36,717 bases of DNA from a virus. Shown here piece by piece: positions 16,307 through 24,864 of this stretch. The number at the start of each line of letters is the position of its first letter. Position 1 is the stretch's first letter. The position numbers and the translations under genes are program-made. The notes beneath the pieces were generated by a model. It saw only the letters and a program-made list of their open reading frames with translations. It was not told the origin of the DNA and did no database searches. The stretch is taken from positions 1 to 36,717 of the IMG/VR virus record IMGVR_UViG_3300023231_000002; one strand, given 5' to 3'.

Positions 16307-16479
16307 TATTTTTTCTTTTTAAAAGTGATGAGAGCAGATCCAATCAAAGCCCCTGAAATGATGCTCATAAAAATCACCCCACCCAAAAAGGAAACCTCTT
16401 TATCTAGGAAAATAATAGTGATAAGAGAGCCCACCCAAACAAGGCAGATGAATAGGAAATGCGGGAAACTATTATTCAT
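16306..16479 (-). CDS. 57-aa two-TM holin-like protein (absent from the ORF track, below its size cutoff)
   Basis: Hand translation: MNNSFPHFLFICLVWVGSLITIIFLDKEVSFLGGVIFMSIISGALIGSALITFKKKK. Two hydrophobic helices and a Lys4 C-terminus. ATGA overlap with the upstream stop and TAATG overlap with the endolysin start. Confidence 0.55.
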   Translation of the reverse strand: MNNSFPHFLFICLVWVGSLITIIFLDKEVSFLGGVIFMSIISGALIGSALITFKKKK

Positions 16480-16937
16480 ATCTCTAAAAATTTAAAAAAG
16501 ATGATTGATGCCACTATGAGCAGCGATAAATTGATAATGAAATAAATGAATGCTGGGTTTGATTTTTTTCCGAAAACAAAAGAGAGGATGCTTTTAGCCA
16601 TGCCATCCATACCGTTCTCTGAGAGGTGAAAAAAAGGTAAATCTTTTTGAAAAAATCTGATTTTGAGGCCATTCAGGGCCCATGCGAAAATACTATTTCT
16701 AGCTACTGCCATGAGCACTATTATGGGCCAAAATTTTAAATCTAAAACTAAAAGCAGGCTCCAAAGCATCCCCCACAATCCTGCAAAAAGAATGTGGTAT
16801 TCTCTATCAAGCTCACCAGCATCCTGCCCCCCTTCTCTTTGATATACAATATGAAACCGCTGGATGATAAAGTGGATTTTAGACTCCACAACAGCAATTG
16901 AGAGGATCAATAAAAACAGAATGATATTTATCAGCAT
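16476..16937 (-). CDS. Four-TM membrane protein, 153 aa; first gene of the lysis operon
   Basis: ATG at 16937 checked. Four hydrophobic segments. No family recognised. Confidence 0.55.
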   Translation of the reverse strand: MLINIILFLLILSIAVVESKIHFIIQRFHIVYQREGGQDAGELDREYHILFAGLWGMLWSLLLVLDLKFWPIIVLMAVARNSIFAWALNGLKIRFFQKDLPFFHLSENGMDGMAKSILSFVFGKKSNPAFIYFIINLSLLIVASIIFFKFLEI

Positions 16938-17063
16938 AGTGAGGATGGTTTTAATGAAAGCACCAAGGCCAAAGCCCTGATGCTTTATTGTTCGAGGCTC
17001 CGAGCTGTTTTGCAGGCTATCAAACCCACAATCCCCCCAGAGCCTTTCTAGGGTGTTTTTTTT

Positions 17064-17146
17064 TGCATCGGAGTGTTCGTGGCTCTATATCCACCACGAA
17101 CCTCTCCGCTTAACCAAATCAAGTGATGATAAACCACTCCGATGCA
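17064..17146. other. Structured element: 12-bp outer stem enclosing a 7-bp hairpin; possible ncRNA or protein-binding site
   Basis: Outer arms tgcatcggagtg (17064..17075) / cactccgatgca (17135..17146). Inner arms ttcgtgg (17076..17082) / ccacgaa (17094..17100). Bracketed by the 11-bp direct repeat tcaaacccaca at 17020 and 17157. Confidence 0.35.
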
Positions 17147-17239
17147 GTGGGAATAGTCAAACCCACAGCACCCTTGTCAATAAGAAATTACTCTCATCTG
17201 CTCGTTTGCAGATTCATGTTGGCTGTAAATATATGATAA

Positions 17240-17253
17240 TATAGAATTCTATA
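17240..17253. promoter_or_regulatory. Perfect 14-bp palindrome TATAGAATTCTATA (possible operator)
   Basis: Seen in the non-coding gap upstream of the lysis operon, in very AT-rich context. Confidence 0.3.
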
Positions 17254-17381
17254 GTATTTAAATACGGAAAAACCGTGTCAAAAACCAGCTTTCACCTCTT
17301 TTTTAATTTTATTTTTGGTACTGTGGGCTGATTATAGCCTTGATGTGACAAGGGGATGAGAAAAGAAAGATATTTCCTCCC

Positions 17382-17828
17382 TCAGTTTTGATTGTTAGTA
17401 AAACAAGAAATGGGGATTGTAATACCAACAGAGCTGCTGTAAAAAACAGAATTCCCCATCAGATTGAGCCTCTCTCTGCTTTCAGGGTATTCCAACAAAG
17501 CCCCAGCATCTCTCTCACTAGCTTTATGCTTGCCCCACAGCTCTGGATGATCCAGCAAACCCTTTTTACTGTACTTGTTTTGAGTAAAAACAACATCTGA
17601 CATATATGCAATGGCTGCCACACCGATCAAAGCAAAGCCATTGATCTCAAGGCCATGCTGATCCTGCATTCCCATCATCACAATACTGGCCCCCACAACT
17701 AAGGAAGCCCCCAGATACCTCTGATTTATCTCTTTCATGGGGTTATTATCTGGGAAATCAGAAAGCTTTTGAGATGCCGCAATCAGGCTGGAGAGGATAA
17801 AAATGGCTGTGATTAGTAGTTTCATCAT
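17382..17828 (-). CDS. Membrane/secreted protein, 148 aa
   Basis: Signal-like N-terminus MMKLLITAIFILSSLIAASQ plus two internal hydrophobic segments. Last gene of the virion operon. Confidence 0.5.
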   Translation of the reverse strand: MMKLLITAIFILSSLIAASQKLSDFPDNNPMKEINQRYLGASLVVGASIVMMGMQDQHGLEINGFALIGVAAIAYMSDVVFTQNKYSKKGLLDHPELWGKHKASERDAGALLEYPESRERLNLMGNSVFYSSSVGITIPISCFTNNQN

Positions 17829-17904
17829 TTAACAGTTTGAGCTGGGGAATATACCCAATAAATTCTGGTAAACTTCAAAAACCTCTCCAAAATTAAACAG
17901 CATG

Positions 17905-19971
17905 CTAATCCACATTAAATTTCCTCAAGTATAATGAGGCTATTGATTTCCCTTTTAGGCTGTCTTTGATGGAAATCTGCTCCACAATAAATTTCTGATT
18001 TTCAATAATGAGCACTTTATCAATCAGCTCCTCTGGATTCATCGGGCCAATATCAATTTTCCTTTTTATCCTCACACTATTGATCCTGAACTCATACCAT
18101 GGCTTTAAAAGCAAATCAAAAACCCCAATATCCTCCTCATCTAAATTGAGGGAAAAACTCAAAATATCATCCCCTTCATAATTATAATTAAATGGAGAGG
18201 AAAGTGGGTAATCACCCACCTCCCCAGCCTCAAGGCCATGGAAAATTGATAAATAAACAGGCCATGTTTTTTTGCCCTGCTCAATCCATTCTGAGCTCCC
18301 AGACTCTGAGATGCTCGGCCCCAGAAAATCATCTGTGCCATCATTAATCTCAGCCACCTCTGGGAGTTTTGCCCCCAGACTGATCACCACCTCTTTCCCT
18401 GATCCAATACTCACCTTTTTTAAATCCAATCCAATCAATTTCCAATCAAACAGGAAAAAGCCAGTATAGTCTGCCACAGCTATCTGATTGGTGTTTTTCA
18501 CTAGATAAGCAAAACCGGGCCTGGCCGTTGGTAGGTCTGAGAAAGCACCCACCTCCCCATCCAAAACAGCAGGGTATTCATCTACATCATTCCCCCATTT
18601 CAAAATGTATTTTTTACCCTCAAAAACCTCCTTTTCAAAATCTGCAGCCCAGAATTCCATCTTTTCTCCCTGCTCTGTGAGCTTGTTTTTGCTGAGAGAG
18701 ATATCCACTATTTTTGTGATAGAGTTGTGTTTTATAGTGCATCCCAATACTTTTTTGCAAATCTTCAAAAACTCTCCCACAGAAATATCCGGCACACAAT
18801 CCCCCAAATCAAACTGCCCCTGCCAATTATTGAGATAGTTACTCCCGTTATCAGCATTGAATACAAGAATTGTGGAACCCTCCAAAACATCAAAACCCGC
18901 CCCGGCCCAGTATATCTCAAAGCCAGAGGATTGAGTGGAATCAGCTGTGAAAGAGTTTGAAATTATCACCTCCTCCTGCCCCCCTGTTATCCCTGTGTTC
19001 TGCTGAGTTGATTGCCCAATGAATTGAGATGTTAAGGTGCCCCCCCCCGGAGCTGGGCTAATAATCAATTTCACATAAAAGATATAGTATGCCCCAGAAA
19101 CTAAGGGATAGAAAGTGGATGCCGGCAAGGTTATGCCATCAGCTGTGGTATCCTTTATAATCTCATCAAATGAAATTGGGGTGAATATCGTTGTGGGGAT
19201 TGCTGTGGTGGATGTTTTTGCAGCCTCTAAGGATTCAAAGCCGTTGATTTTATCAATAGCATGCAGGCCAATCAAATGGATTTTCATGAACCTTGAATCA
19301 TTCATCACATCCCCTGAGATGCTAAAACCAAAATAAGAAAAGCACTTTTCTAAAACATGCAGCAAATAAACCTGTGGGAGCAGGCTGAATTTTGTGGCTG
19401 ATGTAGTGTTTGTTTTAAAGCTCTGAGAGGTTTGATCCCACACATTAAAAATCTCCGGGGAGTAATCCCCTGAGCCATAAAACCCCTCACATTTTAAAGA
19501 GGGAAAGCAAATGGCTGCATCTGGATAGGGTAATAAATTCAGGGCCCCAGCCTCATCTGCAATATCAGACGGGGAGGTGCCCAGATCCATCTGCTCAGAG
19601 ATCACCTCTCTGATTGTTACCCCCTCGGAAATGCTCCCATAAGAAAATACCAGAAACGATGTATCAAGCTCTTTTTTATCTCTGCCCATCATGCCCTGCT
19701 CCACTAGAATTTTCCCCACATGCTTGAGGGCTCCATTCTTGTAGTACCTCGCATCATATAAATACTCCCTGTTTCCCACCTCTATTTTGTGGGCCAAACC
19801 CAAAATCTCACTATTTCCCTCCACAGGAATCCTCATCCCCATGGCAAAGCTCCCCGGCATGCTCTCATTTGAAAACAGCCCGCTTTTATACTCAAAGGAT
19901 GCATTAAAATCTGCGGGGAGGTTTAAAAACCGCTCCCCACCATTCACCACCACACTGATATCTATTGCCAT
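17905..19971 (-). CDS. Large virion protein, 688 aa (putative tail fibre / receptor-binding / baseplate protein)
   Basis: Call rests on size and position at the distal end of the structural operon only. Contains a G9 homopolymer (plus-strand C9 at 19040..19048). Confidence 0.35.
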   Translation of the reverse strand: MAIDISVVVNGGERFLNLPADFNASFEYKSGLFSNESMPGSFAMGMRIPVEGNSEILGLAHKIEVGNREYLYDARYYKNGALKHVGKILVEQGMMGRDKKELDTSFLVFSYGSISEGVTIREVISEQMDLGTSPSDIADEAGALNLLPYPDAAICFPSLKCEGFYGSGDYSPEIFNVWDQTSQSFKTNTTSATKFSLLPQVYLLHVLEKCFSYFGFSISGDVMNDSRFMKIHLIGLHAIDKINGFESLEAAKTSTTAIPTTIFTPISFDEIIKDTTADGITLPASTFYPLVSGAYYIFYVKLIISPAPGGGTLTSQFIGQSTQQNTGITGGQEEVIISNSFTADSTQSSGFEIYWAGAGFDVLEGSTILVFNADNGSNYLNNWQGQFDLGDCVPDISVGEFLKICKKVLGCTIKHNSITKIVDISLSKNKLTEQGEKMEFWAADFEKEVFEGKKYILKWGNDVDEYPAVLDGEVGAFSDLPTARPGFAYLVKNTNQIAVADYTGFFLFDWKLIGLDLKKVSIGSGKEVVISLGAKLPEVAEINDGTDDFLGPSISESGSSEWIEQGKKTWPVYLSIFHGLEAGEVGDYPLSSPFNYNYEGDDILSFSLNLDEEDIGVFDLLLKPWYEFRINSVRIKRKIDIGPMNPEELIDKVLIIENQKFIVEQISIKDSLKGKSIASLYLRKFNVD

Positions 19972-21563
19972 ACCTTGTTGATATTTGAAAATGCTGTTTC
20001 CTCATTGAGAGAGAATATGATTTTTGCGGGGAGATTATTTGTGTTTTTAAAATCCTTCACTCCAGCTGTTATCTCTGGAGATTCCACCCTCACTGCAATC
20101 CTTTTTGTGAGAGCACCATCCCTCACCATTAAAAACACATTTGGGGATATTAAAAGATCCTGCAATGCCTGAGTTTGTTTTTTTGGAATGGAGCCAGTGC
20201 TGATTTCAATCCCTGATTTTAGCCTATGATTAAAATCAAAATCAATGAGATCACTGCTCAGAGGATTATTGTTCTCTGGGAGCTTCAATGATTCATAATC
20301 AGCAGAGGATTTCATTTCTCTCTCACCAGAAAAGCAAATTGTTTCTGCCACTCCAAAGCTGTTGTAATACCCCACCATCAGCATCATTTTTGATGGCTCA
20401 AGGATATTAAAAAGCATAGAGGCCAAAATATTCAATGAGTTATCAATCACCCTCAATGAATATTTGTAGGGAGTTTTCCCAGCATGGATCACATTTAAAA
20501 GCAGCTGATCATATCCAGCTGGCACTGCCCAAATATTATTCTCAGAGTATTGGCTGGAGCTGTACAGAGGATCTACTGATGAAAACGCCAAGTCCACAGA
20601 GTTGGTGCCATCAGTGAAATAAATAGTATAGGCCAGTACTAAATCAGTGATTGATTGAGAGGGATCTGTATTTATAAAATGGAGCCAGTGGAAAGCGTCC
20701 TGAGCTATCAGCACCCCCTCAGGCTGATGAGTGAGGAATTTTGATTTCACCCTAAACTCATCAATCAAACTTTCTGCTTTATCATAAGACCGAAACCCAC
20801 CTTTTGAGATTGCTATATTTTCAGATATAGTGATGGGGTTTTCTGTTGGTGTGTCCCCATAATATTCCGAAAACTCAATGCTCATTTTCACTGTGCCTGT
20901 ATCTGGGGGAGAGATGAAATTGAACCCTGTAGCCAAAGTGAAAAGGGAAAGCTGATCAATAGGGAAAAGCTCATCCACAATGGCTGAAAAATTCCACTCC
21001 AAAGTGCCATCATCCTCTGGGATTTTATATACATAATCACTATATATTTTATCCCCATACCCTTTATCTAATACCACCCGGGCCCTCACCCTAAAATCAG
21101 CATCATACCAGAAATGCACCCCAGCCACATCTCCAGTTGGATTGGCAGTATAACCTGTATGAGTGAGTGTGATGGTGAAATCTGGGCCATACTGCAAAGC
21201 TTTAAAGGTGAGGGATGCAGAGCCATCAGAGTAAATCTCATAGAATTCATTTACTGATAGATTAACCAATAAAAAAGGAATCAATGAAAGTAAATATTGA
21301 TATGATGATCCTGAAACATAGGCTGGCAGCTCTGTGCCACTATCATCTGGAGCTGCCACAAAAGAGAATAGAATCTCCCCCCCAGAAAAAGAGGGAGATT
21401 CAAATTTTAAAGTATCTCCAATCCCAGGATTGGAGAGCAATCCCCATCTGGAGGAGGATTTCACCCCCTCAGAGGAAAGGAAATTTTCAGTATCTAGTGA
21501 AAAATTTATTGGATTTTTTGATAAAAGAACAGCCTCCGGGCTTGTTGTGATTATTACTGCCAT
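19962..21563 (-). CDS. Large virion protein, 533 aa (putative tail/baseplate component)
   Basis: Size and position only. Overlaps neighbouring genes by 10 nt at each end. Confidence 0.35.
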   Translation of the reverse strand: MAVIITTSPEAVLLSKNPINFSLDTENFLSSEGVKSSSRWGLLSNPGIGDTLKFESPSFSGGEILFSFVAAPDDSGTELPAYVSGSSYQYLLSLIPFLLVNLSVNEFYEIYSDGSASLTFKALQYGPDFTITLTHTGYTANPTGDVAGVHFWYDADFRVRARVVLDKGYGDKIYSDYVYKIPEDDGTLEWNFSAIVDELFPIDQLSLFTLATGFNFISPPDTGTVKMSIEFSEYYGDTPTENPITISENIAISKGGFRSYDKAESLIDEFRVKSKFLTHQPEGVLIAQDAFHWLHFINTDPSQSITDLVLAYTIYFTDGTNSVDLAFSSVDPLYSSSQYSENNIWAVPAGYDQLLLNVIHAGKTPYKYSLRVIDNSLNILASMLFNILEPSKMMLMVGYYNSFGVAETICFSGEREMKSSADYESLKLPENNNPLSSDLIDFDFNHRLKSGIEISTGSIPKKQTQALQDLLISPNVFLMVRDGALTKRIAVRVESPEITAGVKDFKNTNNLPAKIIFSLNEETAFSNINKVWQ

Positions 21564-22039
21564 AGATCCTCATTATATGATATTAATGAATTAAAATCCT
21601 TTAGGGTAAGTTTAAACCAATATCCAGAGATATCTAGTGTATCCACCATATCAAAAGAAACAGATCCTGTATCAAGGCCCGTGAAAATCTCACAGCCATC
21701 AGCATGATCTTTTAGGAGCTTTGCTAGGATCTCAAAGCCTATGCTCATGGATTTATCAAAAGCTGCCACCTCTTTTGTGAAATCCCCCTTTGGATGTTTC
21801 ACCCAAACCAAAAACCCAAAAGAGGTGAAAGGGATGGCTGAATCAGAATCCCCTATCAATTTACCAGATGATTCACTCAACTGGAGGATCACCCCTCCAT
21901 GGGGCACATGCTTTGATATTTGCCCGAGCTCGGAAACATTGAACCGGGAATAACGGGGATTTTTATCAGTGTGATTTATTGATGAGTGGCTGGTGGCCAC
22001 CTGTTCAAAATAGGCATCCAATTTTAAAACTAGGCTCAT
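21554..22039 (-). CDS. Hypothetical structural protein, 161 aa
   Basis: ATGA overlap with the upstream gene. No motif recognised. Confidence 0.5.
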   Translation of the reverse strand: MSLVLKLDAYFEQVATSHSSINHTDKNPRYSRFNVSELGQISKHVPHGGVILQLSESSGKLIGDSDSAIPFTSFGFLVWVKHPKGDFTKEVAAFDKSMSIGFEILAKLLKDHADGCEIFTGLDTGSVSFDMVDTLDISGYWFKLTLKDFNSLISYNEDLWQ

Positions 22040-22788
22040 TTTTGCGCTTTTAATTTTTCAGCTTGCTCCTCTGTTTTTTCCAAATAGGTCATTACATAAA
22101 TAACCTCCATGCTATGTACTTTTTCAATGGTGCCAAATTTATCACCAGCCAGATCCACCACTAAACCATAAGGCCCGAAATCTGAGGAGGAGGATTGATC
22201 CTGATTGTGGATTTTAGGAAACTGCTGCTGGAGCCATTTCCTCTGAGCCATCCATGAGATGCTGACGGCATTTATTTTCCATCCCGGGAATACCTTAAAA
22301 AGAAAGGCATAAAAGTGATGGAACCTGTAGTGATACCCCATACCAAATGGAGTGTATAAAATAGCTGCTAATCGTCTGAGCTCCAGTTTTAGTTTTTTCG
22401 TTGGCTGGCTTTCCTCTACCATAGCAGCTATTTTATCACTATAAATCCCAGCCATCAGCAGCTGATTGAGCTGGAGCCTATCCATGAAATCCTTTGGCCC
22501 ATAGAATATCCATAAACGTGGAATCATGGATCTGGCATCACTCCATGGATCATTTAACCATGCCAAGCATTTTGCCACCTCTCTCAGCATAAAAAGTGGA
22601 TGAGCTCTTAAAAATGCAGAGCTCACTCCCATCCTCTTTAAAAAAAGTAGCAGTTTATCCCTCTCCAGCTGTGGCCTAGTGGCAAGCTCTAAAAAATGAG
22701 GGAGCTGCTTTTTTGGCACTTCCTCCCAGCTTTCTGCTAATTGCAGCAGCTTTGATTTCCCTTTTGATATGAATTCAATCTCTTTCAT
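22036..22788 (-). CDS. Hypothetical protein, 250 aa
   Basis: ATGA overlap with the upstream gene. No motif recognised. Confidence 0.5.
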   Translation of the reverse strand: MKEIEFISKGKSKLLQLAESWEEVPKKQLPHFLELATRPQLERDKLLLFLKRMGVSSAFLRAHPLFMLREVAKCLAWLNDPWSDARSMIPRLWIFYGPKDFMDRLQLNQLLMAGIYSDKIAAMVEESQPTKKLKLELRRLAAILYTPFGMGYHYRFHHFYAFLFKVFPGWKINAVSISWMAQRKWLQQQFPKIHNQDQSSSSDFGPYGLVVDLAGDKFGTIEKVHSMEVIYVMTYLEKTEEQAEKLKAQK

Positions 22789-23447
22789 TTCATCAAAAAT
22801 GATCCAGCCATAAAGCCCACCCCAAAATTGAAAGCTCTAGTTTCATAAAATGGCTTTTTCTCATCCACCACAAAATTGGTGAGAGCAGAGGTTTGAATCA
22901 ATGGATTGGAATGGCTCACCACTAAAACTGGGAGTGATTTTCTGAAAAAACCCCTTTTCTCTAGTCCATAGCTCACTGTAGTGGTATTGGGGATTTTTAA
23001 ATGATTTATTTTCAATCCCAATTCATTCACCTCTGCTGAGAGAGAGAACTTTTTTGAGCTGTCTAAAAAAGCTGCAGGGATTTTTAAAAAAAGGGAGGAA
23101 TCTATCTCCACAGTTTCAAGAGATTGGACAGCTGGCACCATCACATCCCTGATCTCTGTGATAGTTCTCACAATAGCCTGCTGTTTTACTTCTTTTAGTT
23201 TTTTATACTCTTTTTTTAGTAGTTGAGTGGCAAGCTCTTGAGAAACCAGAGTTTGCTCCTGAATCACCAATTTTTTGCCCTGCTCTGAGATCACTGCTCT
23301 AAATTGAGAGCTGTCCTGTACCAATGAAATATTGTTTTTGGAGAGAGCTGAAATTTCATTTCTAATGAGCCCACTCCTAGAGAGCAGCAGCAACAGCAAA
23401 AAAAACAGAATACCACTCCCCGGATTTAGGAATTTATTGATCTTCAT
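22785..23447 (-). CDS. N-terminally membrane-anchored coiled-coil protein, 220 aa (i-spanin-like topology, speculative)
   Basis: Hydrophobic anchor GILFFLLLLLLS followed by a heptad-like Q/E/K-rich region. TAATG overlap with the holin-family gene. Confidence 0.35.
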   Translation of the reverse strand: MKINKFLNPGSGILFFLLLLLLSRSGLIRNEISALSKNNISLVQDSSQFRAVISEQGKKLVIQEQTLVSQELATQLLKKEYKKLKEVKQQAIVRTITEIRDVMVPAVQSLETVEIDSSLFLKIPAAFLDSSKKFSLSAEVNELGLKINHLKIPNTTTVSYGLEKRGFFRKSLPVLVVSHSNPLIQTSALTNFVVDEKKPFYETRAFNFGVGFMAGSFLMK

Positions 23448-23869
23448 TATTTAGATTTTAAAAAATTATCCATTTTTGATTTTATCCTCCCCCAGATATC
23501 AATACCCGTTATATCTCCAATGTTTTCGATGTTACTTTGAAACTCAATGGCAGAGATAAACCCTGCCACCATATAGGAGAGAGGGATGAAATTTTCCACC
23601 CAAGTTCCCTGAAAATAAACCAGCTCAAAACCACGGCTCAAAAAGACAGCCATGAAATAATAAGTGATTTTTAAAACAGTGGCTCGGAGTGATTTTGATT
23701 TTATAACCTCTCCCCGCTTTTTTGCTGCTCTCACCCCCGTGATCACATCACAAAAAACCAAAGTGATCATCACAAGTAAATAGGGCCAGATTGGCTCAAA
23801 AAAGCTCAATGCAAAGCCAGAGCCAACAGCTAAAACTTTAAATAAAATGGAGGTAGGATTTTCAAACAT
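23447..23869 (-). CDS. Holin-family membrane protein (Phage_holin_4-like), about 140 aa
   Basis: VFCDVITGVRAAKKRGEVIKSKSLRATVLKITYYFMAVFL matches the D-x-x-TG-x-x-A-x-x-x-x-x-x-x-S-x motif of LL-H-type holins, with flanking TM segments. Start moved to the ATG at 23869 (TAATG overlap). Confidence 0.55.
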   Translation of the reverse strand: MFENPTSILFKVLAVGSGFALSFFEPIWPYLLVMITLVFCDVITGVRAAKKRGEVIKSKSLRATVLKITYYFMAVFLSRGFELVYFQGTWVENFIPLSYMVAGFISAIEFQSNIENIGDITGIDIWGRIKSKMDNFLKSK

Positions 23870-24864
23870 TAAAGGCCGGGATAAATACCACTCCCCGAAG
23901 TCGGGGAGAGGGATGATGGTGAGGTGTGGGCAGTATAGCAATCACTACCAGAATACAGTGGATAATCATCAATATTTTCAATCAGATGCTTTTTCAAGAG
24001 ATCAATAGCAGTGGCAGCCTCCCTTTTATTAAAAATCATCATCCTGTTAATGGGGGCAAACTCCAGATTCTTTTGGCCGTTGTTACTTGTTGCACTGGAA
24101 TCCCTAAAGCTCATCATTAGTTTAGGGCCGATCACAGAAATATTCATCTCCTCGCTGGCCCATGATAAGGTAAAGTGAACAATGGCCCGCTGGATAAATG
24201 GAATGAGAGGGGCATAAACCCCAAAATCATTGCCTATCATGATCTCATTCTTGATAAAATCATACAAATCACCACAGAGAGCTGGCTTTATCACTTGCTC
24301 CTCCACCCTACTCATCACTGGCCTCAAATTGTGGAGCATAAAAGCTCCCAGCTGAATGGATGTGTATTTATTAAAATCTTTGGGTATATTAATCAGATTC
24401 CTCATGTTATCTGCTCGGGCATCACTTGTTTTATACCCCGTAATATTCAGGCCCTCAGCAGTCAAAAAATCCAGTAGCCTATCCATGCATGCCTGCCCAT
24501 CCATAGAGAGCTGATCCCTGAAAGCGTTCACTCTAGCCTCACTAGCTGGAACATGAGTGTCTGATTTTGTAACATGAAACCCGCCATCAGTGGCCGTTAT
24601 ATTGTTGTATGAAACGCATTTTTCCTGAGCCAATAAAGCAAGGGGAGCCCTGCATAAATCTAGGAGCTTCCTATCTAAAACAGAAAATGAATCATCATCC
24701 ATGGCTGTGAGCAAATTCTCCAGAGGAGTGATCCCAATCACTGGCTTTATAAACTCAGCCTGAGAGAGAGAGAGAGCATGCTTATAGCTTGCAAATTCTG
24801 TGGATCTTGTAGAGGGAGCAAACTCCCACATCAGATCTGCTGTATTAATTAAAAGTTTTTCCAT
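23869..24864 (-). CDS. Hypothetical virion protein, 331 aa
   Basis: TAATG overlap with the portal candidate. Contains a (CT)7.5 microsatellite (24762..24776). Confidence 0.55.
   Translation of the reverse strand: MEKLLINTADLMWEFAPSTRSTEFASYKHALSLSQAEFIKPVIGITPLENLLTAMDDDSFSVLDRKLLDLCRAPLALLAQEKCVSYNNITATDGGFHVTKSDTHVPASEARVNAFRDQLSMDGQACMDRLLDFLTAEGLNITGYKTSDARADNMRNLINIPKDFNKYTSIQLGAFMLHNLRPVMSRVEEQVIKPALCGDLYDFIKNEIMIGNDFGVYAPLIPFIQRAIVHFTLSWASEEMNISVIGPKLMMSFRDSSATSNNGQKNLEFAPINRMMIFNKREAATAIDLLKKHLIENIDDYPLYSGSDCYTAHTSPSSLSPTSGSGIYPGL

Noticed and set aside
17064-17146. tRNA or hammerhead-type ribozyme
   Set aside because: A 7-bp acceptor-like pairing exists, but there are no D, anticodon or T arms of correct size and no TTCGA-type T-loop. 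GTGATGA and CGAA are present, but not in the CUGAUGA / stem II / GAAA arrangement around a three-way junction.
17053-17244. 63-aa plus-strand ORF in the non-coding gap
   Set aside because: It has a GTG start, runs through the T9 tract and the stem-loop element, has no coding-like composition, and sits alone on the opposite strand.
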